IMG/VR virus record: IMGVR_UViG_3300050119_000051
Coordinates: 1-58,840 of that record
DNA: 58,840 nt
DNA from: a virus
Taxonomy: Duplodnaviria > Caudoviricetes
Reading direction: 5' to 3' (one strand)
Position 1 is the first letter of the stretch. The number at the start of each line of letters is the position of its first letter. A model generated the notes under the pieces. It did not search any database. It worked only from the letters and a program-made list of their open reading frames with translations, and had not been told where the DNA came from. Shown piece after piece: positions 9,095-19,082 of this stretch. Made by a program: the position numbers and the translations under genes.

Positions 9095-9802
9095 GTGCCA
9101 CGCGTGGCCGGTAAACCGCGCCGCCGCGCTCGCCGTGCGGCCGAGGAAGCCGAGCGAGTGCAGGGGTTGCTCGAGCAGATCAGCGGGGGACCGGCGAACG
9201 AGACGGCCCCGGAGGATATGCCCTGGGTAAGTGGCATTCGCCCAGACCCTGCACTGGACCGCGAGTACTTGGAGCGCTGGTGGCGTGAGCACATGGCGGC
9301 GATGGAACTTGCGACCGCGGCACGTCGCGAGTTGCTCGGAGCGGTGAGCGAGCATCCTTCAGCGATATTCGCAAGGCAGGCCCGCGTGTTCGGCGCACTT
9401 GGGATGCCTCGCGACATGGCGGCCGTGTTGCTCGAGATCAGCGAGGCGCAGTTCGCCTCGTGTTACGGCAACGAGTACGCTGTGGGCAGTGCCGGGGTGC
9501 TGCAGCAGGTCTCGGCGAACATGCTGAGGATTGCGATGTCGACGAATGATCGCGTAGCCGTGAAGGCGGCGACCGAGTTTCTGAACCGACGCGGCGGCGA
9601 GGAGTGGCGGCCGCCGGCGCAGAAGCTGGAGATCGACGACAGCAGGAAGGCGAAGGGTAAAGTGATCGACAGTTCGCAGTTGACGTGGGAGCAGCGGCAG
9701 ATGCTTCGTGATATTATTGTGAGTGCGACGGGACGCAGGATTGAAGGCGACGTGGTCGCGACGGGCGTTGTGCCGCAGATTGAGAGCGAAGAGGCCGAGT
9801 GA
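9095..9802 (+). CDS. terS: Putative terminase small subunit
   Basis: HTH-like LGMPRDMAAVLLEIS, then helical VSANMLRIA...AATEFLNRRGG.EW typical of TerS; upstream of TerL; start uncertain. Confidence 0.6.
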   Translation: MPRVAGKPRRRARRAAEEAERVQGLLEQISGGPANETAPEDMPWVSGIRPDPALDREYLERWWREHMAAMELATAARRELLGAVSEHPSAIFARQARVFGALGMPRDMAAVLLEISEAQFASCYGNEYAVGSAGVLQQVSANMLRIAMSTNDRVAVKAATEFLNRRGGEEWRPPAQKLEIDDSRKAKGKVIDSSQLTWEQRQMLRDIIVSATGRRIEGDVVATGVVPQIESEEAE

Positions 9803-10005
9803 GCTGGATGCAGCGGGTTCGTGATGGGGAAGCGGTGTTCGTATTCTGGCCGCTGCGATTCTGGCCGCAGTGCTGGGGCAGACATCGCTGGCAAGTATTC
9901 CAGCACAACGTCGAGGCGAACGAGGATATACGCTGCGTGTTCGTGATTTGCTGGAAGCAATGCGTGCGGTGCGGGAAGTCGAAGTTGATGCATATTGTTC
10001 AGTAG
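9799..10005 (+). CDS. Hypothetical Cys/Trp-rich protein
   Basis: GTGA overlap with the preceding stop; CWGRHRW...CVRCG. Confidence 0.45.
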   Translation: MSWMQRVRDGEAVFVFWPLRFWPQCWGRHRWQVFQHNVEANEDIRCVFVICWKQCVRCGKSKLMHIVQ

Positions 10006-10288
10006 CGGCGCCGTGAGCAACGTACACGAAATCAAGCGAGTCAGTTATCTAGATCTGGCAGCGAAACTGCGCGAGTGGGCTGATCAGATCGAGAGGATTC
10101 CGGACATTAAAACCGTCACCATCGTAATAGGCTATCCCACGGGACACGTCGCGGTGCGTGGCGCTGGTGAGCGCTCTAGTTCGCTCGAATTATCCGGCTG
10201 GCTTTCGCGCGGAGTGACCGCTGTCAATGAGCGGCTCAACGCTGACGATCAGGGGTACGCGGGACCGATTCCTCCAGGCGCAGCGTGA
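9995..10288 (+). CDS. Hypothetical protein
   Basis: ORF in operon orientation; likely GTG start at 10013. Confidence 0.5.
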   Translation: MFSSGAVSNVHEIKRVSYLDLAAKLREWADQIERIPDIKTVTIVIGYPTGHVAVRGAGERSSSLELSGWLSRGVTAVNERLNADDQGYAGPIPPGAA

Positions 10289-10289
10289 C

Positions 10290-10490
10290 ATGGAGGGAAC
10301 GGCTACAGCGCAGTGGATCGCAAGCTTAGCCGATCACATCAAGGCGGCGAGACATTGGGTGTGCGAATGCGGAGCGCGCGCCGATGGCTGCTCTTCCGAT
10401 TGGCGATGGAACGGACAGCAGTGGGAGCATTATCACGGCTATCCAATCGGACACGTCCGTGCCGCATATTCACCGCTGCCAGCTGCATGA
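10290..10490 (+). CDS. Hypothetical protein
   Basis: Fills the gap before terL with an ATGA overlap; WVCECG...WRWNGQQWEHYHGYP. Confidence 0.5.
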   Translation: MEGTATAQWIASLADHIKAARHWVCECGARADGCSSDWRWNGQQWEHYHGYPIGHVRAAYSPLPAA

Positions 10491-12124
10491 ACTCCGCGCC
10501 ATTCAATCCCAGCGAGTTCGACCCACGCTCGGTAGACGCCGAGGCGCAGCTGCTCGATATTGATCGGGCGGATTGTGAGGAATCGTTTTATGTATTTCTG
10601 AAAGCCGCGTGGCGCTACATCGACCCGGCGCCGTTCCAGGAATCGTGGGCGATCGATGCGATCTGCGAGCACTTGCAGGCTGTTGTCGATGCGCAGATCA
10701 GAAAATTGTTGATCAATTGCATGCCTCGCATCGGCAAGTCGAACACCGTGTCGGTAGCCTTCCCAGCTTGGGTATGGGCACAACCGAATGTCAGTCCGAC
10801 GTCTGGCCCAGGCGTGCCGCTGCTATACGCATCATATGCCGACAAATTGTCGCTGAGAGATTCGGTGAAGTGTCGGCGGTTGATTGAATCGCCGTGGTAT
10901 CAGGCGAGATGGGGCACGCGATTTCAATTAGCGAGCGATCAGAACACTAAGTCACGCTTCACCAACGATAAGGGCGGCGAGCGACTAATTACATCTATTG
11001 GCGCTGGCGTTACTGGCGAGGGCGGAAATATCATCGTGGCGGACGATCCGAATGCCGCGAACGAGGTCGCGAGTGAGGCGTCGATTCAAACGACGATTGA
11101 TTGGTGGACCACGGCGATGCCGACGCGCGCCAACGATCCAGATCATGCGGCGTGGATCATCATTCAGCAGCGTCTCGCGGAAAATGATTTGACTGGCCAC
11201 ATTCTCGAACATGAGGCCGATGGTTGGACGCATCTGTGCCTGCCAGGCCGCTATGAGCCTGAGCGATCGTTTCACACGGTGATCGGCTGGAAAGATCCTC
11301 GCACGCAGCCTGGTGAGCTGTGCTGGCCTGAACGATTCAGCGAGGAGATGCTTAAAGGCTTGGAACGCCGTATGGGTCCGTATATTTTCGCCGGGCAAAT
11401 CCAACAGCGCCCTGAGCCTAGAGGCGGAGGAATCGTGAAGCGCGATTGGTGGAAGCTCTGGGACCGAGAGAAGTACCCACCGATGGATTTTATTCTTGCC
11501 TGTCTCGACACGGCATACACCGAGGACACGATGAATGACCCCTCCGGCATGATTATTTGGGGGATCTTCTCGGGCGACGTGAAGGCGCAGACGACGCGCA
11601 TTGCCGGTCCTAATGGCGAGTTGATGATACCGAGTTCAACATATTCAGAATTTGCCCCACACGTTATGTGCATGCACGCTTGGGACGAACATCTGGAATT
11701 GCACCAGCTAGTCGAGAAGGTTGCAACGACTTGCGTCAAGATGAAAGTCGATACGCTGCTGATCGAGAACAAGGCGTCCGGTATTTCCGTCGCGCAGGAG
11801 ATTCGCCGGCTCTACAGCCGCGAGAAGTTTGGCGTTGAGTTGTTCGATCCTAAGAGCCAGGACAAGACGGCGAGGCTCTACAGTGTGCAGCACTTGTTCG
11901 CCGAGGGCATCGTATACGGGCCAGACCGACCGTGGATGGAGAAGGTCATCGCGCAGGTGGGCCAATTCCCCAAGGGCAAGCATGACGAGTTTGTGGATTT
12001 GACGTCGATGGGCCTGCGAAAACTGCGCGATATGGGGTTGCTGGTGAGGCAGCCGGAGAGGGAGGCTGAGCTTGATGAACAAAAGATTTATCGCGGCCAG
12101 GAACAGCCGCTCTACGCGGTGTAA
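10487..12124 (+). CDS. terL: Terminase large subunit
   Basis: INCMPRIGKS Walker A, IIVADDP Walker B, IIIQQR coupling motif, LDTAY, IENKASG, HDEFVD nuclease acidic residues. Confidence 0.95.
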   Translation: MNSAPFNPSEFDPRSVDAEAQLLDIDRADCEESFYVFLKAAWRYIDPAPFQESWAIDAICEHLQAVVDAQIRKLLINCMPRIGKSNTVSVAFPAWVWAQPNVSPTSGPGVPLLYASYADKLSLRDSVKCRRLIESPWYQARWGTRFQLASDQNTKSRFTNDKGGERLITSIGAGVTGEGGNIIVADDPNAANEVASEASIQTTIDWWTTAMPTRANDPDHAAWIIIQQRLAENDLTGHILEHEADGWTHLCLPGRYEPERSFHTVIGWKDPRTQPGELCWPERFSEEMLKGLERRMGPYIFAGQIQQRPEPRGGGIVKRDWWKLWDREKYPPMDFILACLDTAYTEDTMNDPSGMIIWGIFSGDVKAQTTRIAGPNGELMIPSSTYSEFAPHVMCMHAWDEHLELHQLVEKVATTCVKMKVDTLLIENKASGISVAQEIRRLYSREKFGVELFDPKSQDKTARLYSVQHLFAEGIVYGPDRPWMEKVIAQVGQFPKGKHDEFVDLTSMGLRKLRDMGLLVRQPEREAELDEQKIYRGQEQPLYAV

Positions 12125-12277
12125 CAGCTATCCAATTGACTTTATGCAAAAATTGGGGTTTCTGCTGTGACTGAGGTAGACTCGGCAGGGAACGACAGAG
12201 GACGCGCCCATGACTTGGTTTTTCATTGCAATCTTCGTCTGGACCATCTATACGTTTTGCGCGGATCGCAAGCGCCG

Positions 12278-12535
12278 ATGATCGTGACGCCGCAGAGCGC
12301 GATGCCTCGCTGTACCTGCGTGGTTGATCTGATCTCGCGCGTATTCAGGCCGTATCTGTTTTTGGTGACGGTGACCGGAGTGCCTCCCCATCAGGGCGTG
12401 CGCCGGTACAAGGTTGCCGCAGATTCGGACGATAGCGCCGCCATGAAGGGACTTGAATTGTTCGTCAAGGAATTCATGCCGCCCGTGGTTCGGGACGAAA
12501 TGGCGACGCTGGCGCCGCGGGCGAAGCTGCAGTGA
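12278..12535 (+). CDS. Hypothetical protein
   Basis: ORF between terL and portal; start uncertain (12167 or 12278). Confidence 0.5.
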   Translation: MIVTPQSAMPRCTCVVDLISRVFRPYLFLVTVTGVPPHQGVRRYKVAADSDDSAAMKGLELFVKEFMPPVVRDEMATLAPRAKLQ

Positions 12536-12680
12536 TTGGTGCCGAAACCAGCCGAGTTTTGTGGCCGACATCTCGTCGGGCGCGCCTTAGTCGTGAGTCG
12601 CGCGCATTGTCGAAAGTAACCGCGACAGCTGGGAGGTTTGCCTTCGGGCTGAACTCCTCCCCCGTCGCGGCCAGCAACCT
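12536..12680 (+). other. Structured leader or possible ncRNA upstream of portal
   Basis: Serial hairpins, including ccgcgac(12620-26)/gtcgcgg(12664-70) enclosing gcc-ttcg-ggc. Confidence 0.4.
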
Positions 12681-15056
12681 ATGGCCGGCCTAGCCCCCAA
12701 CACCTCCCTGCGCCTCGTGCCGTCCCCAGAGCCGGGCCTGCCGCCCCCTGCCGACGTCCAGGTGGAGATCGCGAATACCGATGACGCTCCGGTCATTGAC
12801 GACAAAAATAATATCGTCCGGATCGAGCACGGCGACGGTTCGGTTACCGTCTCGCTCGACGGCAAACCATTGGGCGAGCCGCGTCCCGAAAAGCCTTCCG
12901 AGTGGTTCGACAATCTCGCGGAGCGCATCGATGCTAGCGAGCTCTCGATGATCACCGAGGACCTGCTACGCGGCATCGCCGATGATCTGACCTCGCGCCA
13001 GGAGTGGATCGAGGATCGCGCGCTCGGCGTGAAGCTGCTGGGGCTCAAGATAGAATTGCCGAACGTCCAAGGCGCAAGCGACGGCGCGCCGGTTGAGGGC
13101 ATGAGCAAGGTCCGGCATCCGCTGTTGCTTGAGGCCGTTTTAAGATTTCAGGCGAACGCGCGATCGGAACTGCTGCCGACCGACGGCCCGGTCAAGATCA
13201 GGAACGACTCGACCTCGCCGACTGCAGTTAGTGATGCGGTTGCCGATGCGCTTGAAAAGGATCTGAATCACTACCTGACGGTGGTCGCTACCGAGTATTA
13301 CCCGGATACCGACCGCATGCTTTTTATGACTGGATTCGGCGGGACCGGCTTCAAAAAAGTCTACAAGTGCCCGCTGCGAAATCGTCCGATCTCAGAATCC
13401 GTCGATGCCGATGACCTGATCGTTAATCAATCGGCGACTGATTTGGCGAACGCCCAGCGCGTCACGCACCGCTCGATGATGAAGCCATCGACCGTCAAGC
13501 GCATGCAGATTCTGGGCGTGTATCGGGATATCACGCTCAGTGACGCCGTGGCACCGCAGTCCGACGCGCTGCAGGATGAGGAGCGCGCCCAGCAGGGCAT
13601 TGCTGTAGATACGATGCGGCGCCCTGAGGACCGCGAGCGGCAGATCTACGAGACCTGCTGCGAGATCAATATCAAGGGGTACGAACACAAGCACAAGGGC
13701 AAGGAATCCGGGCTGGCAGTGCCCTACGTTGTAGCGATCGATGTGTCCTCGCGCGAGTGCCTGTCGATCGTGCGCAATTTTGATCAGGACAACCAGCCGC
13801 TGCCGACGGCCAAAAAACGGTTCGTGAAGTACCCGTTCGTTCCTGGCATCGGGTTCTACGATATCGGGCTGCTGCACATCATGGGCAACACGACGAACGC
13901 GGTGACCGCGGCGTGGCGCGAGATGCTGGACTCAGGTATGTACGCTAACTTCCCTGGCTTTCTGATGGCCGACGGCGGCGGTCGGCAGAACACGAACATT
14001 TTCCGCGTGCCACCTGGGGGCGGCGCGCCGATCAAGACGAATGGTCAACCGATTCGCGAGGCTGTCATGCCGCTGCCGTACTCGACGCAGGGCATGCCGG
14101 CGCTGATGCAGTTGGTCGATAACATGGTGCAGATGGGACAACGTATCGGCGGCACGGCCGAGGTCCAGGTCGGCGAGGGTCGTGCGGACGTGCCGGTGGG
14201 CACGGTCATGGCGATGATCGATCAGGCCATCAAGGTCATGAACGCGGTTCACAAGCGCATGCACGCGGCCCAAGCTGAGGAATTCCAGCTGTTGAAGCAG
14301 CTGTTTCGCGAAAATCCGGACACGATCTACTGCAAGGGGTGCAAGCCGAAGCAGCCGATCGACAAGCAAAAATACATCGAGGCACTGAACAATTGCGATC
14401 TAGTGCCGCAGGCTGATCCGAATACATCCTCGAGCGCTCAGCGCATGATGAAAGTCATGGGATTGAAGCAACTGCAGCAGGGCAATCCGACGCTGTACGA
14501 TCCGATCAAGGTCGATGCTGTCGCATTGAGGGTGATGGGGTGGAGTAACCCAGAAGAATTTTGGGTACCGGCCGCCGCACGCGCGCAGCCGCCGCCGCAG
14601 CTCCTGCAGATGCAGCAGCAGATGGCGAACGAGAAAGCAGCTGCCGACGCCAAGCTCCAAGAGGCACAGGCGCGCACCACGGAAGCGAATGCGAGAGCGG
14701 CCGAAGCCCAAGCGAAAGTCGAGACGGGCCACTTCGCGCCTAAGCCTGAGGTCGGCGTGGCAGAGGGCGCGCAGCCGGAGGAGTCGGTGCTCGATATCGC
14801 CAAGGCCCAAGCCGCAGTGATCGACGCGCATACAAGGGAACGCGAAGCGGCGCTGAAGGCGCGCACCGCAGGGGTTGAAGATCAGAACCGCGATCAGGAT
14901 CGGCTGGCGAAGCAGCAGGATACAGCCATCGACCTGGCGAAAGCCGTGATCGGCGCCCCCACTGCCGGCGAGTCTGGTAAGCAGGTCGGCGTGTCTGGTG
15001 TTGGAGCTAAGACTTTGGAGATAATTAAGGACGTCGACAGGGGGATAGGAACGTGA
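12681..15056 (+). CDS. Portal protein (P22-like) with long C-terminal coiled extension
   Basis: Follows terL; HPLLLEAVLRFQANARSELLP, GTGFKKVY, GFYDIGLLH, PVGTVMAMIDQ. Confidence 0.85.
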   Translation: MAGLAPNTSLRLVPSPEPGLPPPADVQVEIANTDDAPVIDDKNNIVRIEHGDGSVTVSLDGKPLGEPRPEKPSEWFDNLAERIDASELSMITEDLLRGIADDLTSRQEWIEDRALGVKLLGLKIELPNVQGASDGAPVEGMSKVRHPLLLEAVLRFQANARSELLPTDGPVKIRNDSTSPTAVSDAVADALEKDLNHYLTVVATEYYPDTDRMLFMTGFGGTGFKKVYKCPLRNRPISESVDADDLIVNQSATDLANAQRVTHRSMMKPSTVKRMQILGVYRDITLSDAVAPQSDALQDEERAQQGIAVDTMRRPEDRERQIYETCCEINIKGYEHKHKGKESGLAVPYVVAIDVSSRECLSIVRNFDQDNQPLPTAKKRFVKYPFVPGIGFYDIGLLHIMGNTTNAVTAAWREMLDSGMYANFPGFLMADGGGRQNTNIFRVPPGGGAPIKTNGQPIREAVMPLPYSTQGMPALMQLVDNMVQMGQRIGGTAEVQVGEGRADVPVGTVMAMIDQAIKVMNAVHKRMHAAQAEEFQLLKQLFRENPDTIYCKGCKPKQPIDKQKYIEALNNCDLVPQADPNTSSSAQRMMKVMGLKQLQQGNPTLYDPIKVDAVALRVMGWSNPEEFWVPAAARAQPPPQLLQMQQQMANEKAAADAKLQEAQARTTEANARAAEAQAKVETGHFAPKPEVGVAEGAQPEESVLDIAKAQAAVIDAHTREREAALKARTAGVEDQNRDQDRLAKQQDTAIDLAKAVIGAPTAGESGKQVGVSGVGAKTLEIIKDVDRGIGT

Positions 15057-15361
15057 GGACACGAATTGTTCGGATGTTCAGTCAGTCCAAGGCCCGAGAA
15101 GTATACGTCGTTCAGCAATGGATGACCAAAGAAAAGATCACGCGCCTGAAAGAGATTCGTCGAGAGGACAACTTGTCGCCGCCCAATCCCAATGAATGTT
15201 GGGAATCGCTCGTCGAGTTTAATCTTGACGAGTACGACAAAGCGGCCGACCATGCGATGAATCTTAGTTGGGAGAAGAAAGGGCCAAAGGAAGTTGCCGT
15301 GTTCGAGAATGGGACACAGGTGCCGTCGCCATTCTCGGCTGCCGCAGATCCGTTGCCGTGA
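15053..15361 (+). CDS. Hypothetical protein
   Basis: GTGA overlap with the portal stop. Confidence 0.55.
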   Translation: MRTRIVRMFSQSKAREVYVVQQWMTKEKITRLKEIRREDNLSPPNPNECWESLVEFNLDEYDKAADHAMNLSWEKKGPKEVAVFENGTQVPSPFSAAADPLP

Positions 15362-15549
15362 GCCGATTGCATCGCTATCTTCTGCGGACGCAGCGCTGGC
15401 GTCAGCCGAAAGGAAACCGGTGGCCTCACGCAATAGTGTTTGCCTGCAGTTACACGGTCACAAGGAAGGAAGTTGCCGATGTTTTATATGAAATTGCGCC
15501 GGCGCTGCGTAAAGCGTAAATTCGGCACCATGTCAACCGTGAGGCATCC

Positions 15550-16815
15550 ATGAGCGAAATGTCAGAAGAGGCCCGCGCCAAGGCGAAAGACAAAGCCGAG
15601 CGTTTGGTTCGTTCAGACCCTCGCGCACGGGTAGACGCATCGGGGTACTCCCCCGAAGGCGCCATGGATGCAGATGTGCAGACCGGACCGCGTCCCATCT
15701 CCCGCCGCCAATTCCGTAGAGGCGGCAAGGTCGCAGGGGAAGCCTCGGCCGCACGCGCTGACCGCAAACCGCGGGCAAACGGTGGCCGAACCCTTACCGC
15801 TGATTCGCTCATCAACCGCGATGTCAAGGCGGCCAACGAGGAGCGCGACGGTACCAAGCACGTCGGCGGTATGAAACGCGGCGGCCGGGCTCACAAGACC
15901 ATGGGCGGCTTGGCGTTACCGAACTGGGCCGATGCGGTCTCGCGCAAGTCCGGAGGACGGACTGGGAAACTGATGGGCGGTGCGATGAGCCCGCAACAGC
16001 GCATGGGGTTACAGCAGCCACCGATGGCTGCGGGGGCGCCTCCCGTGGCGCAGGGCGCAATGATGCGCAAGGGCGGCGGCAAGGTCGAAGATCATGCGAC
16101 TGGCTGCCAGTGCGAGAAGTGCGGCGGTGGGCGGGTTGGGCGAAAAGACGGTGGCGCGATCAATGACGGTACGCGCCCGGTAGCTGGGCGGCTCGCTCGC
16201 AAAGGCGGAGGGCGCGCGAAGAAGGGCACTAACGTCAATATCATCATCTCGCAGCCGCCCGCACGTCCGCCGATGCCGCCTATGGGCGGTCCACCTCCAG
16301 GCGCGCCGCTTCCAGTAGGACTGCGCCAAGGCATGCCGCCACCGATGCCGCCAGCCGGCGCACCGCCTCCTGGAGCAGCGCCAGGCATGCCCCCAGGCGC
16401 CATGATGCCGCGGGCGACTGGCGGTCGCGCGATTGATAAGCCGCAGGCAGCAAAAAAAGGCGGTGGCACCAGTACGAGTACTGGCGGCGCGACAGCACAC
16501 CGAAATACTGGAGCCGCGACAGGCGGTGCGGTAACGGTGACTATTTCTGGATCAAGCAGCACAGACACTTCAACTGCGACATCAACTGGCGCCAAAGGCG
16601 GTGCTAAGGGAACTCCAAAGGGAGGTGCTGGTAAAGCTAAAGAACCGCCAAACACCATTAACCTTACTGTAAATTCTACGGGTAAAAGTGGCGACGCTAT
16701 TGATGCTGCTAAACCGAAGCCACGCGCTTTCGGCGGCCGCGCATATCCGATTGACGCCGGTGCTGGCAGCGGACTTGGCAGATTGGAGAAAGCCCAACGC
16801 GCGGCGCGGGGATGA
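15550..16815 (+). CDS. Low-complexity basic/Pro-rich head-associated protein with at least 11 xxxGG motifs
   Basis: FRRGG, RANGG, MKRGG, KTMGG, RKSGG, KLMGG, RKGGG x2, RKDGG, RATGG, RAFGG. Confidence 0.75.
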   Translation: MSEMSEEARAKAKDKAERLVRSDPRARVDASGYSPEGAMDADVQTGPRPISRRQFRRGGKVAGEASAARADRKPRANGGRTLTADSLINRDVKAANEERDGTKHVGGMKRGGRAHKTMGGLALPNWADAVSRKSGGRTGKLMGGAMSPQQRMGLQQPPMAAGAPPVAQGAMMRKGGGKVEDHATGCQCEKCGGGRVGRKDGGAINDGTRPVAGRLARKGGGRAKKGTNVNIIISQPPARPPMPPMGGPPPGAPLPVGLRQGMPPPMPPAGAPPPGAAPGMPPGAMMPRATGGRAIDKPQAAKKGGGTSTSTGGATAHRNTGAATGGAVTVTISGSSSTDTSTATSTGAKGGAKGTPKGGAGKAKEPPNTINLTVNSTGKSGDAIDAAKPKPRAFGGRAYPIDAGAGSGLGRLEKAQRAARG

Positions 16816-17018
16816 GTTTCACCGTCAGCAGTCGATTCGAGGCAGAGCTAAAAAAGCGCATCGACAACGAACTCATCCGTTTGCATGAAGAATTAGGGCT
16901 TGGAATGTCCGTGAAAGACTATGCCGACTACAAAAAATACACGGGACAGATCGCGGCTATGTCGAAAGTCCGCGACGAGTTCTGCGACGAAATCAATAAG
17001 TCAATAAACGAGGGATAG
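16812..17018 (+). CDS. Small helical head-module protein
   Basis: ATGA overlap; DYADYKKYTGQIAAM pattern seen next to phage GroES-like genes. Confidence 0.65.
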   Translation: MSFTVSSRFEAELKKRIDNELIRLHEELGLGMSVKDYADYKKYTGQIAAMSKVRDEFCDEINKSINEG

Positions 17019-17020
17019 TT

Positions 17021-17464
17021 ATGCCGGCTACAGCTATCAAACAGCGCGACAGAGCGGAATTCGATCCGAAGCAGGAGATTATCGACAAGATCGGCGATAT
17101 TTCAGCTGTCGAAATCGCTCAAAACGAAGTTCTGATCGCCATCTACCGGCGCCCCGAAAAGACTGCTGGCGGCATTGTGCTGCCATCCTCCAACTTGAAG
17201 GAGGATCAGTATCAGGGAAAGGTCGGACTGGTGCTGAAAATCGGCGCTGCCTGTCGTTTTGAGCGCGAAAATCCGAAGACGGGCGTCAGATATGGCATCC
17301 CGATCGCTATTTATGACTGGGTTGTCGTGCGCCCGAGCGATACATGGTCGCTGGAATTCAACGCACGCCCTGATGCGATGGCCCGCGAGGACTTTTTGTG
17401 GTGCCGACTCGTCTACGACGATCAGATTCGCATGAAAATTCCGTTACCACAGATGGTCTGGTGA
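17021..17464 (+). CDS. GroES/Cpn10-like co-chaperonin
   Basis: EVLI...EKTAGGIVLP mobile loop, GLVLKIG. Confidence 0.8.
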   Translation: MPATAIKQRDRAEFDPKQEIIDKIGDISAVEIAQNEVLIAIYRRPEKTAGGIVLPSSNLKEDQYQGKVGLVLKIGAACRFERENPKTGVRYGIPIAIYDWVVVRPSDTWSLEFNARPDAMAREDFLWCRLVYDDQIRMKIPLPQMVW

Positions 17465-17468
17465 ATTT

Positions 17469-18428
17469 ATGGCTGAAAACGACGAAATCACCCTGGACAT
17501 TGACGCTCTCGACGCTGCAAAGGCCAAAAAAGAGGCCGATAAAGGGAAAACTGCCGATTCCGACCCCACAGTAATCGTCGACGCTGATCTAGCGTCAAAA
17601 AACGACGACAAAACAGTCCTGACACCGGAAGCCGGGCTCGACAAGCTGAAGCAGCAGCTCGCGGACGAGAAAACGGCGCGCATCGGGGCTGAACAGCGCG
17701 CACGGGAATCCGCTAACGCTGAAGCTGCGGCCCGTGGTGATGTACAGAAGAGCCACCTGGACCTTATCAAGGGCGCGATTGACCAGACGACCCAGCAACT
17801 CGACGTGCTCGAGAATCAGTACGCTGAGGCGATGGCAGCGCAGGACTTCAAAGCTGCCGCGAAGGCTCAGCGCGAGATGTCCGCGAAGTCTGCCCGGCTC
17901 TCACAGCTTGAAGCCGGTGAAAACGCGCTCAAGAATGCGCCGAAGCCGACTCCGCGCGCGCCGGTTGATCCCGTCGAGGCTATCGCATCGAAATTATCGG
18001 CTCAATCTGCCGCTTGGGTGCGTGCTCATCCGGAATTCGCTCGCGATCAGCACAAATACGATCAGATGGTGGCCGCTCACCAGCTCTCGATCGCGCGCGG
18101 AAACAAGGCCGACACGCCGGAGTACTTTAAGTCGATTGAGAAGACGCTCGATCTGAATTCGTCCGCGCCCACTATCGTGGCACCGCACGCCGATGATCCT
18201 GAACCCATGGCAGATGCAGCCACTGCCGCGACCGGCGGTCGCAGCGCGGCCCCTGCTGCGGCTCCCGTCAGTCGCAGCGGAAATGGCGCGGCCGGTCGGC
18301 CTGGGATCGTGAAACTCGGCCCGCAGCAACGCGAGATGGCCAAAAATATGTTCCCGGATTCCAAAGACCCTGACCTGGAATATGCGAAGAATATGACTTC
18401 CGAGGAAAGAAAACGAGGCCCAATGTGA
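17469..18428 (+). CDS. Putative capsid scaffolding protein
   Basis: Acidic N-terminus, long coiled coil, WVRAHPEF, C-terminal VKLGPQQREMAK...EYAK. Confidence 0.7.
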   Translation: MAENDEITLDIDALDAAKAKKEADKGKTADSDPTVIVDADLASKNDDKTVLTPEAGLDKLKQQLADEKTARIGAEQRARESANAEAAARGDVQKSHLDLIKGAIDQTTQQLDVLENQYAEAMAAQDFKAAAKAQREMSAKSARLSQLEAGENALKNAPKPTPRAPVDPVEAIASKLSAQSAAWVRAHPEFARDQHKYDQMVAAHQLSIARGNKADTPEYFKSIEKTLDLNSSAPTIVAPHADDPEPMADAATAATGGRSAAPAAAPVSRSGNGAAGRPGIVKLGPQQREMAKNMFPDSKDPDLEYAKNMTSEERKRGPM

Positions 18429-19051
18429 GCACCGAAAACTCCGTACCGAATCGTCGCCCAGGTCCGCATGCGCCGCTGCCTAATGCAGCCGCCGCGGCTG
18501 CCGAGCTCGCCGAATCTCTAGCTGCTGGCACCCAAGCCGACCAAACGGCCACGACTACGAAACCAAATCAGGCAGTCGATGCACGTGATGAAGACCCTCG
18601 TGCCCGCGCCGCGCGCCGTGCGCTCGAGTTGCGCGAACACGGGAGTTTGGAGGAGGGCACGGACAAGTTCTACGTCGACCCGCGCGTCATTCCAGACGGC
18701 TGGTCGTACGAATGGAGAGCGCTGACGATTCTTGGCAAGGAAGATCCGTCATACGCGGTCAATTTAGCGCGCAAGGGCTGGGAAGCGGTTCCGCGTAGTC
18801 GTCACCCCGAGATGATGCCAGAGAACTATGCGGGCAACACTATCGTGCGTGACGGGCAAATGTTGATGGAGCGTCCGAAGGAAATTACTGACGAGGCCAA
18901 AGCAAAGGAATACCGCGCAGCCCGCGATCAGGTGCGCGCCAAGGAAACCCAGCTTAGCGGCGCACCGCCCGGACAGTTCGAACGCGATAACCACGGGGCG
19001 CCGATGGCGGCGATCAAGAAATCGTACGAGAGCGTAAAAATACCAGACTGA
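18425..19051 (+). CDS. Head-module hypothetical protein
   Basis: IPDGWSYEWR...GWEAVP...GQMLMERP, between scaffold and capsid genes. Confidence 0.7.
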   Translation: MSTENSVPNRRPGPHAPLPNAAAAAAELAESLAAGTQADQTATTTKPNQAVDARDEDPRARAARRALELREHGSLEEGTDKFYVDPRVIPDGWSYEWRALTILGKEDPSYAVNLARKGWEAVPRSRHPEMMPENYAGNTIVRDGQMLMERPKEITDEAKAKEYRAARDQVRAKETQLSGAPPGQFERDNHGAPMAAIKKSYESVKIPD

Positions 19052-19082
19052 ACAGCTGATAGAAGCAAGCGACGCGGTAATC

